The notes: generated by a model from the sequence alone, not told the origin. Shown: positions 1 through 13,589, counted from the first letter of the whole stretch. The stretch: 58,684 nucleotides of DNA, filler included, from Sphacelaria rigidula (GCA_964200075.2; 3 parts of 3 records of this genome joined end to end with filler, not necessarily neighbours in it); one strand, 5' to 3'. Numbers and translations: made by a program.

Positions 1-345
1 CCCCCCCCCCCCCCTTGTCCCCCTCCGAAAGGGTGGCTTGGTCAATGTTCCACCTCCAAAGGCAGCCAAAAAAGGGGTCCCCCCCCCCCCCCCCCCCCAC
101 CTCCTTCCCTTCATCCCTCGAAAAGCCCCCCATCTATAGAAGAAGTTCCTGAATCACGCATGCCCTGACAGCTACAGCCCACCTTGACTTCTTCCCCGAC
201 TAGCAGCTCGGTCATTGGCGTACATTCAATTTCCTTCATGATGCACGACCACATACAGCGACGTGAGCAATTTCAAGCCAAAGAAAAACTACGCGATCTT
301 GGTGATTATGTTTTTGAGGCACACGCGGCAATGAAAGTCCCTCAC

Positions 346-573
346 CCGACCAGCAGCAGCGGGAAGCAGCATGGTCGGCAGCTGCCGCTGCTGCAGGATC
401 TCCACGACGTCGTCGATTCGGGGCCGACCCCGTGGATCAACTGTAGTGCAGCGATCGATGATCTCTTGCATGTTGCACACGTCCTCCACATTACCCAGCA
501 AAAGCCGAGTGACAGCGCCGTCCGACATCACTGCTCCGAGTGATTTGCGTGGGGGACTCTGTCGCGTCATGAC
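346..573 (-). CDS. Kinase gene exon 5 (subdomains X-XI)
   Basis: tacag|VMTRQSP...[23 protein letters not shown]...AAGR|gtgagg. It may instead run to the stop at 289. Confidence 0.8.
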
Positions 574-3500
574 CTGTACACGATGTGCACAGTTTGCCAA
601 CGTGGAAGACACGTCCCGGTGACCGTCGCGGCATATCCTGCGGCTTATCGAGGCAACACTGGTTTCAAGCGAGGAGTGCTAGAGTCCCACGGATCTATTG
701 GGGGCAAGATTACTGTGTCCTCGAAACGATACTCAACGATACCGCAAAGCACGATGGAGTGAGTCCAGAAAAGGGTGTACCTAGGTGGTCCGTAGATACG
801 GCTTTTGCAGAGTGTACAGGCGTTCAAACGAGTCAACCATTGCATCGCGCCGAAGACTATCCGCTTGGACCCGTCTGCATGCCCGCGGCGATATGTATGT
901 ATGAGAATAATGTACATGATCCACCGTCGCAATACCTCAAGGTATCGGATAAGTCGACACAGCTGGATTTCACAAGATCTCTTCCACATCCGCAACATAA
1001 TCGTTCCTTTCTACTCGAGTGGGGAAGCACCGTGTTTGGTTTACCTTTCGGTGATCATCCCTTTGCAATTTTCTGCCAACTTTAAATGCTGTTCGTCACC
1101 ATTCACCCACCTTGTCGCAAGACTCGGCGTGCTTCTACCACCGTGAATGCTGACCGTACGAACTTCAGCTACATGGCGTTACCTGCGCTATGACATGACT
1201 GCGATACCTTACATCTACACAGACTGTACACAGTTTGGCATGGGCGCTACTGTTGTATGTCACAGGGCGCACAGAAAAAAAAGTGGATGTGACACAAGAA
1301 GTATCATCGGGTAGGGCAGTGCTCTGACGTTGCAGTCCAACCCCAGAAAACGTGGAGCGACGTCGGCAGCACCACCACATTCAACGCGGTTGCCATGCGA
1401 AGGGAGAAATTTAAAAAGTTGCGTCGTCAAACAAACGTCCCCTCATGGGCTGCTCACCTCATGCATGACCACTCCATAGCTGAACACATCCGCTTCACGG
1501 CTGCGGCTACCGAAGCTGTACACCTCCGGTGCCATCCACTGGTATGAGCCAGCAATCTGTGCAGGGTTGTGTTGAACATACCACAGGTACTACGCGTCAC
1601 GTAGATGGAGGGGAGAGACGGGCTAAGCCAGCATGAGAAAATCCTGTTCGGTATTTTCGAGGCCGATCAACTAGTGTAACGTCGGCAGTTCACCAGATGG
1701 GCCGGTCCCTCTAAGGATTGAGCTCGAGACGGTGGTCCAAAAGTCATGGGAAAGACGTCAAGTATAATAACAATATTTCCAGCAGGAAGAAATAGAAAAA
1801 GGCTATGCCACAGTGCCTTCGGGTTCATTCCGTGCCGGCGACGAGGAAGCAAGCGCCCATGGCCTCCTATGCTGCTGCCGCTTATGTATTTCACTACACG
1901 TTACCATGCGATGGCTCCGCACGACCGCACGATAACCGCACTACGCCATGAGTATGCCCATCACTTGAAAAAACTACTGTTATATGCACATCCACTGATT
2001 ATTGGATCATAACTGGCAGGGATACGTGGGAACGGTGGGCAGCGGTGATTCCCATCAGACGGTCTTATCAAACACTCCGGATATTGCTGTACCATTAAGC
2101 CCTTCGTCCTGCCACTGTGTACTCCCTGGTTTGGCTCTTGTTTGGCACACTAAATGCCAAATTCATGAAGTCAGCTGTGCCCTCCTCCACTACTGTGGAA
2201 ATTCTAAGGTACCAGTAGTACGACACCGCATTACCACTTCGTGCCACAGGGCTGCATCACCCTTTGGTCAGCAGGGTGCGTGATAAAGACACGGTTGAAA
2301 AGACCCTGTATGCCAATTACTCAGCCTACACGAGTATCGGGTGGGCCAACACCCTCCTGAACGATGAACATCTCACGCGTCGCAAACGTGATGCGCGCAA
2401 CTCACCTTCTCGCCCGAAGAACCAGTGGTAGCGGCACGAACAGTGGACGCCACGTCAGCGAGCCCGAAGTCTGACAACTTCGGGTTCCTTTCCTGGTCCA
2501 GTAGAATGTTCGGGCTCTTGATATCCATATGGATGATGCCAAGCGAATGCAAGAACCGCAAGCCCTGTAGTACAAAGAAACAACCATGGGCTTTCTTGCA
2601 CAATTCATGTCGGGACTTCGTAGGTCATCCCCGAGGTTCCTAAGATTTCATCTCTCTGCTGACGCGTAACGTCAGGACTGACAGTTGTAGAAACGACAGC
2701 ACAATAAACGCATGGTGCAATTCTTGCGGATTCCACTCACCCAGCCAAGAAGCAGCATACTACCGTCTTCCGGCCTGGATATCACCAGTACGGCGAACCC
2801 GGATGCACTTGATTCGATTGTCATCGAGGTACCTACATTGGATGGTACAGTGTGAGCAGTATGCCAAGTCGGCGGAGTACGGGAAGAGTCGACGGTCCTA
2901 CGTAATATGCGCTGATCAGCGCGGACAATGGTCACACGGCAGTATAAGCAAGGCCTGCACTACGAGTATTTCTTATACATTTCAAACGCGAGGTTATCAG
3001 ACAAAGGATACGACCCCAACAGCCAAATAGCGCATTACCCTTTCCAACAGCTTTCATATCACTCGTATGATCGTTGCTACGTGAACGCTCAAATACCTTG
3101 ATCCTTGTCTCCCGCACACCCGCGTGTTACTCATACGAAAACCCCCAAATGCCGTACATCAGGCGTAAAACCAAGCATGTTTTCCCCGCTAGCGGAGACG
3201 CCAGGAGAACTCCCTGACCAGCGCGCGTGCGTCGTCGGGGTTGGGGTTATGACCAGGGAGGGATACGTGACACGTGACACAGCGTGACACGTGACGTGAA
3301 CGTGACGTTTTGGGCGTCACGTTTCGTTCACGTTAACTTTTTTCAACGTGATTAACGTCACGTTCACGTCACGCTAAATTTTCAGATGGCACGTTCACGT
3401 AACGTTACATTTTCCGAACGTGACACGCACACGTGTCACATCACGTTAAATTTTACGAACGTGATTCACGTCACGTTCACGTTTACGTGTCACGTATCCC

Positions 3501-4675
3501 TCCCTGGTTGTTTCCATCCAACGCCTTATTGCAGCTCATCATTTTTCTTCGGTACGGCTCTGCGTAAACGATAAACTTCGCAGTGAAATGTTCCACCGAA
3601 TGCACGGTTCTCGCAAGCTCACATTTGCTACTCCCATGAGCATGGTGATATTGTCCCCGAGAGTTAGCTCTATGTCCAAGTTGAGGAGATCCGACAGAGT
3701 GTGGTGCATGCGCTCCATGATGAGGCATACAGGACATGATGCACTGTATGCGAACACTTGAACGATATTGTCGTGGCGCACGGCAAAGTGTAGCTCGGCC
3801 TCCCTCCTGAACACAAGACCGAGAGCAAGCAGATTCACGGAGCGTTACGCGGGGCTCAAACATTTGCGTTTTGAAAGTATTGTCAACACAAAAAATCCAC
3901 GATCAAGTAACAAGAGAGAAACAGAGAAGAGCACTGTCAGCCGTTCGCAAGCCCATTGATGCGACACCTACCGGAAATCCAGCTTTTGTTTGAGTGGAAG
4001 GATGTCGAGTTTAGCCTTCTTGATGGCAACTCTCTTGCCGCAGTATGTGCCCCCGAACACGAAGCCGAACGTACCCTCCGCGAACGGTTCATCGTCCTGC
4101 ACAAGATCACTCTTCGAAACCCTTCCAAACGCCCTGCCTGTCATCCCTGTCGTACTTGTGGTCCACAAGCTGCTATGCCCCAGCTGTCGGTCCAGAGATG
4201 TTTCAATGATCTTCCGAACTTCATCTTCACGACAGGGAACCCGCCCATCTACCGCTAGCGACAATTGGGATATGCCCTCCACTGCTGTATTCACTTGAGC
4301 GCCAACGGAAAAAAGGATCGGCAGACTCAGGTCACTAATGCGGCGCTCCAGCTCTGCCTCTTTCTTCACCAGAGCCTCCGCTAGACGTTTCACATGCGTC
4401 ATGTGTCGGACTTTGTTCCATGCGCCCGACGGTTGTACACATTCGTTTAGAAGTGGGGGCACGGAGTCGAGAAACATCCGAAGCTCGACCAACATTGACT
4501 GGAGTCTCGCGTTATTGTGGAAGTTGTCTGCGGCACTGTTCAGGGTGGCCACGAGGTCCCTTGTACGATGTGTGATGCGCCATGCCTCCTCGGTGCATTC
4601 CGTAGCTAGTTCCGCTGTATCCAAGATGTTTACCGCTATTTTATAGATGAACGTGATGACGCTCGTCACATCCAT
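346..4675 (-). CDS. Spliced gene: MLKL-like N-terminal four-helix-bundle domain + TKL-type protein kinase (non-RD), about 458 aa or more
   Basis: Exons 4675-3972, 3806-3623, 2564-2406, 1556-1458 and 573-346 join in frame with GT-AG sites. Kinase motifs occur in order: [42 protein letters not shown]. The 3' end is uncertain: read-through to the stop at 289, or a further exon at 233-183. Confidence 0.9.
1458..1556 (-). CDS. Kinase gene exon 4 (APE motif, subdomain IX)
   Basis: Not in the ORF track. Manual translation gives cacag|[33 protein letters not shown]|gtgagc. Confidence 0.92.
2406..2564 (-). CDS. Kinase gene exon 3 (catalytic loop [11 protein letters not shown])
   Basis: ctacag|[36 protein letters not shown]...GEK|gtgag. 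Confidence 0.92.
3254..3506. mobile_element. hAT-like MITE in kinase intron 2
   Basis: Perfect TIR CAGGGAGGGATACGTGACACGT at both ends, ACGT-rich interior, degenerate 8-bp flanks GTTATGAC/GTTGTTTC. Confidence 0.75.
3623..3806 (-). CDS. Kinase gene exon 2 (alphaC to subdomain V)
   Basis: ttcag|G AGG GAG encoding [17 protein letters not shown]...GVAN, then donor gtgagc. Confidence 0.9.
3972..4675 (-). CDS. Kinase gene coding exon 1 (helical N-terminal domain, G-loop, VAIK)
   Basis: ATG in caacaccATGG context at 4675, open frame MDVTSVITF...KLDFR, donor CG|gtaggt, phase 2. Confidence 0.88.
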
Positions 4676-6760
4676 GGTGTTGGCTGACCCTGTGTGCATG
4701 AGGGGGGGGTGGGGGGGGGGGGGGCGTACTCATTTGTTGCTTGCCTCGGTCGTGTGACCTTTGACCACGCATTCCTTTCGAGACGGAGCACCATGAGGGC
4801 AGGGGGGCTTCCTGTAAACGATCTCTACCATGAAAAATGCACACCTCGATGTTGCAGCTCGGGATTGGATTCGTGAATCGTGTCCAATAAGTGTGCAGCA
4901 GGCGTCCCACTCCAAGAGGGGCCGTTTCAAGGCGGTTTTCCACTTTTAGGCGATCGAAATCGGCTCGCATTATGCTGTCCACACTGCCTCCAAGGCGGGG
5001 CATCTCAAAATTGCATCGCAAACTCTGAAATTGGAGCATACGCTTAGGTTGTTCCTTCGACAGTTACGGATGGCTGATGCTTTCTCTTCTCGCTGCGAGC
5101 TGCAATAGTAAGAGTACCCTCGCCGGAGTCAGCACGTCTGAGAGATCGGGGGTTGTATGTAGGGGACCACGAGCCTACAATACCGGATACAGACTCCACA
5201 AAAAAGGACCCGTGTTTGAGAAGCGAGTGTTTGTTAACGTGTTCAACTTCGAACTCTCATACGACAACAGCCGTCAGCTATCCGCACATGACATGTTCCT
5301 CACCTCACAGCGCAAAAGCAAAACGACGAGAGATCATCGATGGAAGCACACTGCTGAGCATTCCTACTGGGGTAAACGCGTGTATATTTCAATCATGCAC
5401 GCAATACACAACAACAGGACGTTTTGCTGCTATAGTGGACACAAGAGCTCATGCGCACATAATGGAATTGCACAACAAGAGGGTTCCAAGTGCTTGTAAT
5501 GAATTCATTGCATTTTGTCGCCCCGACGGTCACCAACCACCCACGACTGGTACCAAGGGTTTCGGAACAGGCAATTAACTGGCCTTGTTCTACTGCTGCC
5601 TCGCGTATTGCACGTCACTTTCTGTCTCTACAATGGAACGCACACTCGACGTCGACCCTCACACATGCAAGGAGTGAAACTGCAACGATCAGTCCCAGGT
5701 ACGGCGGTGTTGGTCTGACTTTCAGTGGCGCTCGCGTGTGCATGAGAAGCGCCACGTAGCGATTGGCATAAAGCGTGTTATGGCTGCAAGGGCAGGCAGG
5801 ATCCGCCAGGCTTTTCTGTTGGAGCCACATCTAGTCTGCACGCTTCGCTCTGTACATTTCCGTCCTTGGGCGCATGATATGTTTGTCCCCTACTCCCGCG
5901 TAGGCGTTTCCCCTGTACACTCACATATATGTGCAATTTTTCACTTTCGCGTCACATATTGCGCATGATGCGTGCAGCGAACGACAATCGTGGACGAAGG
6001 CGGTGGGGGATCGAGATCGTCGAATGCACACTGCGACGTATTTGCAACAAGAACAACTCTGCGTCACCAGGGGACACGAGCGTCACACTAGACGGTATCA
6101 TCTCGAGCCGATACCGCCCGCATTACTCTGCCAGCGGCTACTGAAGATTACCTGCTAGCCACGCGATGAGCTAGTCGACTTCGCTACAGTATCCTACCGC
6201 GGTCGATCGCGGCGGCTCATTTCGATGCCAATAATATATTTAATAATTATCAAAAGATATCGGGAAACCGTTTTTGCGCTCATGGATTTCATCGAATCGA
6301 AACAAAAGTGTAAAGCATTTTGCAATATTATAATGCGTGTTGGGACCGCGTGCTCTTTGGACCCCATCGGAATTTGAACACCCCAGGAACGACGTGTTGA
6401 GAGGACCGCACGGACATCATGATCGCAGGGACCTCGCCCCGAGCAAAAGTGGGCCGCGCATTTATTGAGCCGGGGGTGGCACAGGCAGGCGAGGTGACTG
6501 GAGCGACACGACGACGACGCAGTGTGCCTCGAAAGGGAAGAGAGCGAGGATTTCAAAACTATAAAATCCAAGCACCCGTAACTCGCGTGGGAATCACTCT
6601 CGCATGTAGATTATGTTAGGGAAGGGTTGGCAACGGTGTATTATAGGGACATGTCGGCGCCTGCCACATCGTCATGACCGCACTGACGAACCGACGCTTG
6701 GTGTAATGCGTGAGAGGACTGCGTGCTTAGAGGACCGTATCCGATTTTAAACACCCCTAT

Positions 6761-6805
6761 GGTTGGGGTTAGGGTTAGGGCTAGCGTTGGGTTTAGGGTC
6801 AGGGG
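6761..6805 (+). repeat. Degenerate interstitial TTAGGG-like repeat
   Basis: ggttggggttagggttagggctagcgttgggtttagggtcagggg. Confidence 0.6.
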
Positions 6806-9554
6806 CGTGGTCCCTGCAGGGACTGGCTCGACTGGTTTTGAAAAACGTCGATCCCGGGGTGTTTTGAACTACGGCGCGGTCGTCTACGAACGCACGCATT
6901 ACACTTGGCACTTCAGGGTACAACATGCCGATACGATCCATCCGCTCGGTACTCACAGGTACCACATGCCGAAACGACCCTTCTGCTCTGTATTTACAGG
7001 TACCAGGTACATGTGCTCGGTATTTACAGGTACTGGAATGTGGTTATGCATGCGGTCCACTTCGCCGTTCAAGGCAGCTTCAAGGTGAACACACGAATGA
7101 AGGCCGAGTCACCGCGATGTAGAGGGTTCCCAAAACAATGCGCATCACCCGCAACACCTGCAACACCCACTACATTCGTCCGGTGCACCCTTCAAACGAA
7201 TGGTTACCGTGATAAAATCGAAGCTGCCATTGCCGTCCACATCGTTACAGAGCAAGCGACATTTCTCTGCTGCCATCCAGATCCCTACCGAGCATATGCT
7301 ATTCTCCCTTTCTCGTCTAAACAATCACCGCGCGAACACTGGCATTGCGTGATGCTACGATAGGGGTTGCACTTCTTTAGCGAAAATATTTATCGGGGTG
7401 TCGGACGGAGCAATATTCTGAGAACCGGCATCGTTTTCACTTGAAAGAGAGTGAAAATGATTTCGATTCACGAAAAGGGTCCTGCGTGCATCTCCATGTT
7501 CGGTCCCCGGAGACTTGGGTTGCACAGTAAGCTCCATCTATTTGGGCTCCTACCAAAAAGAGACCCAGAAACAATAAGTGAAACCCGTATCGTAGCATTG
7601 GTTCTCATGATCACCCAAACTAACACCGCGCCAATATATTGCTCACGATTACTGTAGAGAAGAGCGAACTAAAAGCACACTTCAGTCAACATGCTACCTG
7701 AGTACAGTGGTAACCGTGTACAACGAACGGCGATCAGTCAGGCTAGCCATCAATCCTGGTGACGCCCGGGATTCATCCATACCCGCGCGGCAACGCCGAG
7801 CGACTACAAGACAGGAAACGGATTAAAGCGCCAACTCTGTCGAAATCAACACCCAATGAAATTTCGCGTGAACCTGTCACACGATACGAAGAAATGAATC
7901 TCGTGTGTGCACGGAGCAGCTGCAAAATTGCTACAGCAGTAATAAAAATCCGCCAATGTCGCCCATGAGGCACTTCGTGCTGTATGAAAACAGCTAGCGT
8001 GTGCCGCGTTTTTTTGCGTGGCAGTTTTGGGGGCTGATGTGGGGGTCGCCTGTCGCAGAATGACTCATGTAAGGCAAATGGTATGTCGAATCCAAATGGC
8101 TTCAACTACTTACGTTTGTTTTCCTCGTGAACGCCGGTCACTTCTTTCGCATCCATGGTGTGGTGTTTGAAAAAGAATTAGATCGTGAAATGCAGAAATT
8201 CCATGAGTGCAAAGCCGGTCGACTGAAAGAAAACGGCCATCAACCTGGCCGGGTCGTGCAGCAAGTCCAAGCGGGGCATGCAACGCACGTGGACCAAGGT
8301 CACCGATGATGTAGTAGACGTTGCCAAAAAATACCCACCATTATTCCTACAGTAGAACACACCCGTACGTCCGTGAAGCACATATCCTAACCGTACAAAA
8401 CATCCGGACACCAAATTGCAACGTACCAGCACAAATACGGTAGCATTGGCCCTTTCATGTGCAAACGTCGAGAAGCATCTTCTTGCATCTACAACAGGAG
8501 CTCCTAGCAAAAATGGTCATCTGTACGTCTTACAACAACACTAAGTCTTCGCTCAAATTATCAACGCATCTACCGAACCGGTCGAAAAAACGCAGAAGGG
8601 GAGTCCTACAAGAGCACCGCCCGCAGTCCCACATGTCCATTTTGCATCCCACGAGATTGCCTTTGGCATGCCCGACTACTCTGTCCAGGAGATGATCCGC
8701 CTTCCTGCTGTTGATTGCCTGGTTCTCGAGCACACTTTCCAGAGTAACCATGAAAGCAAAAAATCACCGCGCATCATGTTCAGAGAACGCAATTTGATTT
8801 TTTTCTTGGAATGATTTTGCTGATGGGAATTGAGATTGACGCCCACCAACTCGCCAGACGTCCTGAGCCCACCAAACAAAGCTCGACACTGCGGGCCGTG
8901 ATTTGTTTGGTGAGGTCCGCCGGAGGATAGGTACAATCCGGCGCACTTTCCGAGAACCGGATAAGGTTGTCGAACGCGGACGTTTGTAGGCGGTTTTAAT
9001 GTTGAAGGGAAGGCCGCAGTCTTCGAGTAATCCCTCCTCACTCGCACTTTCTCCAGGATTGACGCCGGATAGTGCAATTTGCAAGCACTTCACAGCGCGG
9101 AAAGGGGTCCCAAACCCTGCCCCACCACGTAGAATACGCACCGCGGGAGTAATGACGGCAACGAACAACAATCGTCAACAAGAGAGGATAAATCGAAGAT
9201 ATAACGGAGAGGGCGAATCTGAAACGGAGGATACTACCTCATGTACATCGTGACGAAACAGGAGTAGCACGCTTCCCGGGAAATAAGGGGGGGGGCGCGA
9301 ACAAATCTTCGCATCTTTGATAAAAAAAACCCGGCGACAACAGCATTGAATGTCCGCACCTGCTTTATCCGTCATGCGGTCATCGGCGGGTTGTAGTTCG
9401 GCAGCGATGAAGTCCACCTTGGCCTGCAGAAAAAATAAACACGACGGAGCTTATTGTAGATCGGCGACACACAGGACAAAAAACCCATCACAAATTCGTA
9501 AAATCCCATTTCAGGTCACGGTGGAGAGAATAAACAAACTGGCCTTTCTTCCCC

Positions 9555-9770
9555 TGATTTTTGAGTACCTGAGCACTTGCTACTGAAAATGCAATTTGGA
9601 TCAAGAAAAGAACTGCGACCATTGGTACCGGGAACGAACATATGCCCTGGAACGGCTTCAACCAGTAGAGAAAGTCATTGCAAGGTGTCAACATCAGTCT
9701 AGCCCTCTTTTCGAGCGTGAAGCGACGGAGAAGGGCGAAAAAAGCAGTTTTTAACAAGATTGTTTCTCGA
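9555..9770 (+). mobile_element. Diverged single arm of the MITE family at 14971-15455
   Basis: Shares tgccctggaacgg...agtagag...tagccctcttttcga...gacggagaagggc...gcagttt with 15300-15420. Confidence 0.65.
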
Positions 9771-10144
9771 GACAACGTAATTGTCCTTCGATCTTTTGTG
9801 AGCGTTCCGCCCTCGTGGAAGCCTCTTATACTAGGTAGACCACGGGGTGCACCGGTTACACGAAAAAAGTGGCATGTGCGGCCCAACGGGAAGAGCTTTG
9901 ACCTGCAATTCTATACGTCATCTCCCCACGTCAATGCGTTGAAGATGAATGCGGTGGTCGAACAAATCGATATACGTACGCCCAGTTGTGACATATTTCA
10001 AAATGTTGGTCACAATGTTGAACGGGTTCTGGTCTGTCGCTTTTTGTTTTTCTGTCGGATACCACTGCATGATTCGATGCTTGATGATCCCAAACACTTC
10101 CGAACCTTCATCTTTTCGCACTCTCGAAAACTTCCCACCTGTTC

Positions 10145-10560
10145 CTAGAGTATTCTAGCGCCTTTTCTATTTGTTTCTGCCATCCTTCTGATGTTCCTGA
10201 TACACCCACGAAAACTATTCGCGAACATCAACCGTGATACCGTATCTTCATCCATCTTGACTCGTTGCTTCGCTGCTTCTATTGCTATCATCTGTTCATC
10301 AATAAGTACCTTGAATAACGAGAGTGATAACGTATACCCTTGAGCAGCTCCTTGTAAAATATCAAAATATTTCGATGTCTCCTCGTCTAGCATCATTGCA
10401 ATTTTGGCACATGCTGTCATCTTCATTCTCCAAACCTTTCCTCTGATCCCAGTTCTCCACAACTTTTTCACAGCCCATTTCTCCATACTGTGTCATGAGT
10501 CTTTCTCACGTCCAGAAAAAAACAGCCCGGCGTCTTTCCTACCTTGAATGATCTCACCTA
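10145..10560 (-). pseudogene. Non-LTR (LINE) reverse transcriptase fragment
   Basis: FFLDV.K-like start, then KLWRTGIRGKVWR...YFDILQGAAQGYTLSLSLF...LMFANSF (QG and FADD motifs decayed), with frameshifts. Confidence 0.85.
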
Positions 10561-13500
10561 GTGTGTACTCATGGTCTACGCAACTACGGTTTGGGCCAAA
10601 ACCTGCTTGCCCCTCGCTGTTTTTTTCTTCTTTTTCTAGTATCGTTCCTACTCCATCGTTCGGAATCTTACGGAACGTTTTCCCTACCGTGCTCAGTAGC
10701 GTTATCCCTTAGAGGGATCTATAACTTGCTCGATTGGCCCTGTCTCCTTTTTCGAAAATTTTGACTACTATACCATGGGTGGGGTCATAATGAGAAGATT
10801 ACTTGCAGGTAATTGTTTCTTTGGAATCGCAGGCGTTACACAAACCCCTCACTTGTCTGCATGCTCGTGGATCGGTATTTCCCAAATTGTAGCGATTACA
10901 GCGCGAGAGGCAATGAAACGCGACTCACCAGCCAGTAGTTTACTATTTCCACAACATATTTTGCGACCTCCGCCCTCTGCCCTCCTCAAAAACATGTGCG
11001 CGATCTGACTCCCGTCCGACGTGTAAAACCCTTCCGCACCCGATGTCGCTGCAGACCCGCGTCCCAAGAAAGTTTTCGAACACTCTTCGCTGCCTCCTCC
11101 GATCCATGAGATTAAACGTGATTGGAGTTGCTTGAAGAGATCCACGAGCACCGCCCTCGTTGTGTAACTGGAAACAAGTACGCCAGGGCCGTGTGGTTCG
11201 GTTAGAGACAATGACAGGTACAAGCGGAGAGATCGAAGCATCGCAAAGGTATACTACATTCGAGCAAAGACGGTCATGTTGGAGCTTTCACTCGAAATGG
11301 AAAATTCGAGTCACAAGAGTCGGACTCCTTGGATCAACAAGTAACGACATGCCTGTGCCCCCCCAAATAAAACGGTCGGCGACACAGCATCGACTGACTG
11401 CCAAGGAGCATACAAAAAAACAAAGGACAAAACAAATGATGAAGACATGAATTCGAGGCGTTCCCGAGCCGAAATTTCACATGTAGCGTTTCACACGACG
11501 CTTCAGGGATTTCCGAGGTAAAAACAACAAAGCACTTCCATGAGGTTACTTTGTGGGCGGAGACTACGTATCCCGCACTCGTCTATCTTGTTTTCATTTC
11601 AGTTGTTGTGTTGTTGTTATACGTACGTCACCAAGACGGCATTTTTCGCAAGGAGAGGTCAGGTCAAACCTAGGCGGTCATGTTGAAGCTTTTATCGCAA
11701 AGAAATATTCAAGTCAAACCAAGCCGATTTCTTGTTCCAACAACGTCGTAAATGATACTGCACCCCCTTCCCCTGCCTCCCCAAATCGGCAAAACGGAGT
11801 CGAGTGCCGAGGAGCACAGAAAATACGAAACGTTTATAAGCACGATGAATAAATAAACTCGAGGCGATGCCGAAACGAGTTTTCACGTACAGCTTCTTGG
11901 ATGACGGTCTAGGGCTTGTCTGGGCAAACCAAAAAGCGACTTGTGCTATTTATTTTTCGGCTGGACAAGGCAAGCGGATCTTAACCGCGGATGGCGCCTT
12001 AAGCGTAGTACAAGCAGAGGGCACGCATAATTGTCAAGTGCTCTGGTAAACTCACGAGTTCAATTCAGCCTTGCCCCTGAAGCATCGAACGCAGAGATGA
12101 TAGCGTTATACACCTTCCAGCCGCTGCCGCCGCTGCCGCCGCCGCCGCCCTCGTTCCCGTGCCCACCTCCTCTACCGCCGCTGCCGCTGCGCCCGCCCCT
12201 GCTCCCGTATCCGTCCCCGCTCCCGTCTCCGCCCAAACCCCCGTCTAGCGGCCGCTCCCGCCGCCGCCGCCCCCCGTTCCTCCCTCCTACCCCCCATACC
12301 CCCACGGTCATGCACTTCTTTGGGTACTCTGGGACGGTTGCACACACGGCGCTTCGCAGGATGGAGTGATGCCTGGTTCAGCACCTTGCATCTTGCGCAT
12401 AACCATGACTCTACGCCATCGCCCCCCCCTCCGCCTCCGTTCCTATCGCGACCGCGCATGCCCCCACCTCCGCCGATGAACCGTCTGATCGACCGCACTC
12501 CCTCCATGCCCCCCCCCCGCGCGAGCCCGATATAAGAAGCGCTATGTCTGGTTTGGTGTTTTGCCCCATCCTACGATGCAGTAGTGCCGCGAGGAGTGCC
12601 CCGAACGATAAGTGTCGGCTCACAACAACCAAATCCAACTGCGACCAATAGGATAGCCTGGAAAAAGACGCAGGCTTGTATTGTACAGAGCGCACTGCCG
12701 GAGGATGAGCGTTATTGCCCCCGCGCTGAGTGTTGGCCGAAAAAAACGGGTCGAAGGCATCCCGTCCAGTTCCTCGGCAATAAGCTCCCCTCCTCCACGA
12801 AGGACGGAGTTTCCGATATCGCTGTCGTTTGCCGCCAGAATGATATGATTTCCCGTCAGTACAGCATGGAATGCACTCAACTACACACCACCGCTGCTAT
12901 CCATGCCCAACCTCTCTCGGGTACCAGCTCGCAATTTTGCTGTGGTGTGATGATGCAGCCTTGACATAGACACTCGAGTCGTGTCGGGCTGTGTCGCTCT
13001 GACCTCGGCGCTACATCGCCCGCATGGCAATTGCAGCAGCAGGAGGTGTGCTGCGCAACTACTACTGCTGTACTGTACTCGAAAGCGTGCACATGTAGGC
13101 AGACTACTGTATCAAGTGAGGTCGTCTCCTCCAAGCTGGTGTACTGCAGCAACTTGGCACGTCCAGGGGCAGCAGGAATGCTGCGCAGTGTCATTGTGTG
13201 TGCGTGTGTGTGTGCTTGAGGGTGCGTGTGTGTCATTGACTGAGCGTGTGTGCGTCGGGTGTATGTGCTCGCTCTTGCTGAAAAGCGGCGCAATTTTCCC
13301 GGGACTGTCACGAACGAGGTGACAGTTGGTGACGAACAGTGGTTGTCGCGAGAGGTGTTGTTCCATACATCAGGCTCATGTGCGAAAAGAGCAATTATGA
13401 TCATCAGCACCTGCACAAACCGTAATTTCCAAGAAATAGCTTCAATACCTACCGAGTGGTGAAGTGACGTCCCCTAGATGTAGACTACAGGTGAATACTT

Positions 13501-13589
13501 CGCTGTCTACTACTCGTAGCCTATTTCATTTTGGTCATGGCAATTCAACCGTAGCATGGGTACAAATGACTTGTTTCGTATTCTACTCC

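Noticed and set aside
7750-9260. Cluster of overlapping ORFs
   Set aside because: No recognisable motif or consistent splice structure, so left unannotated
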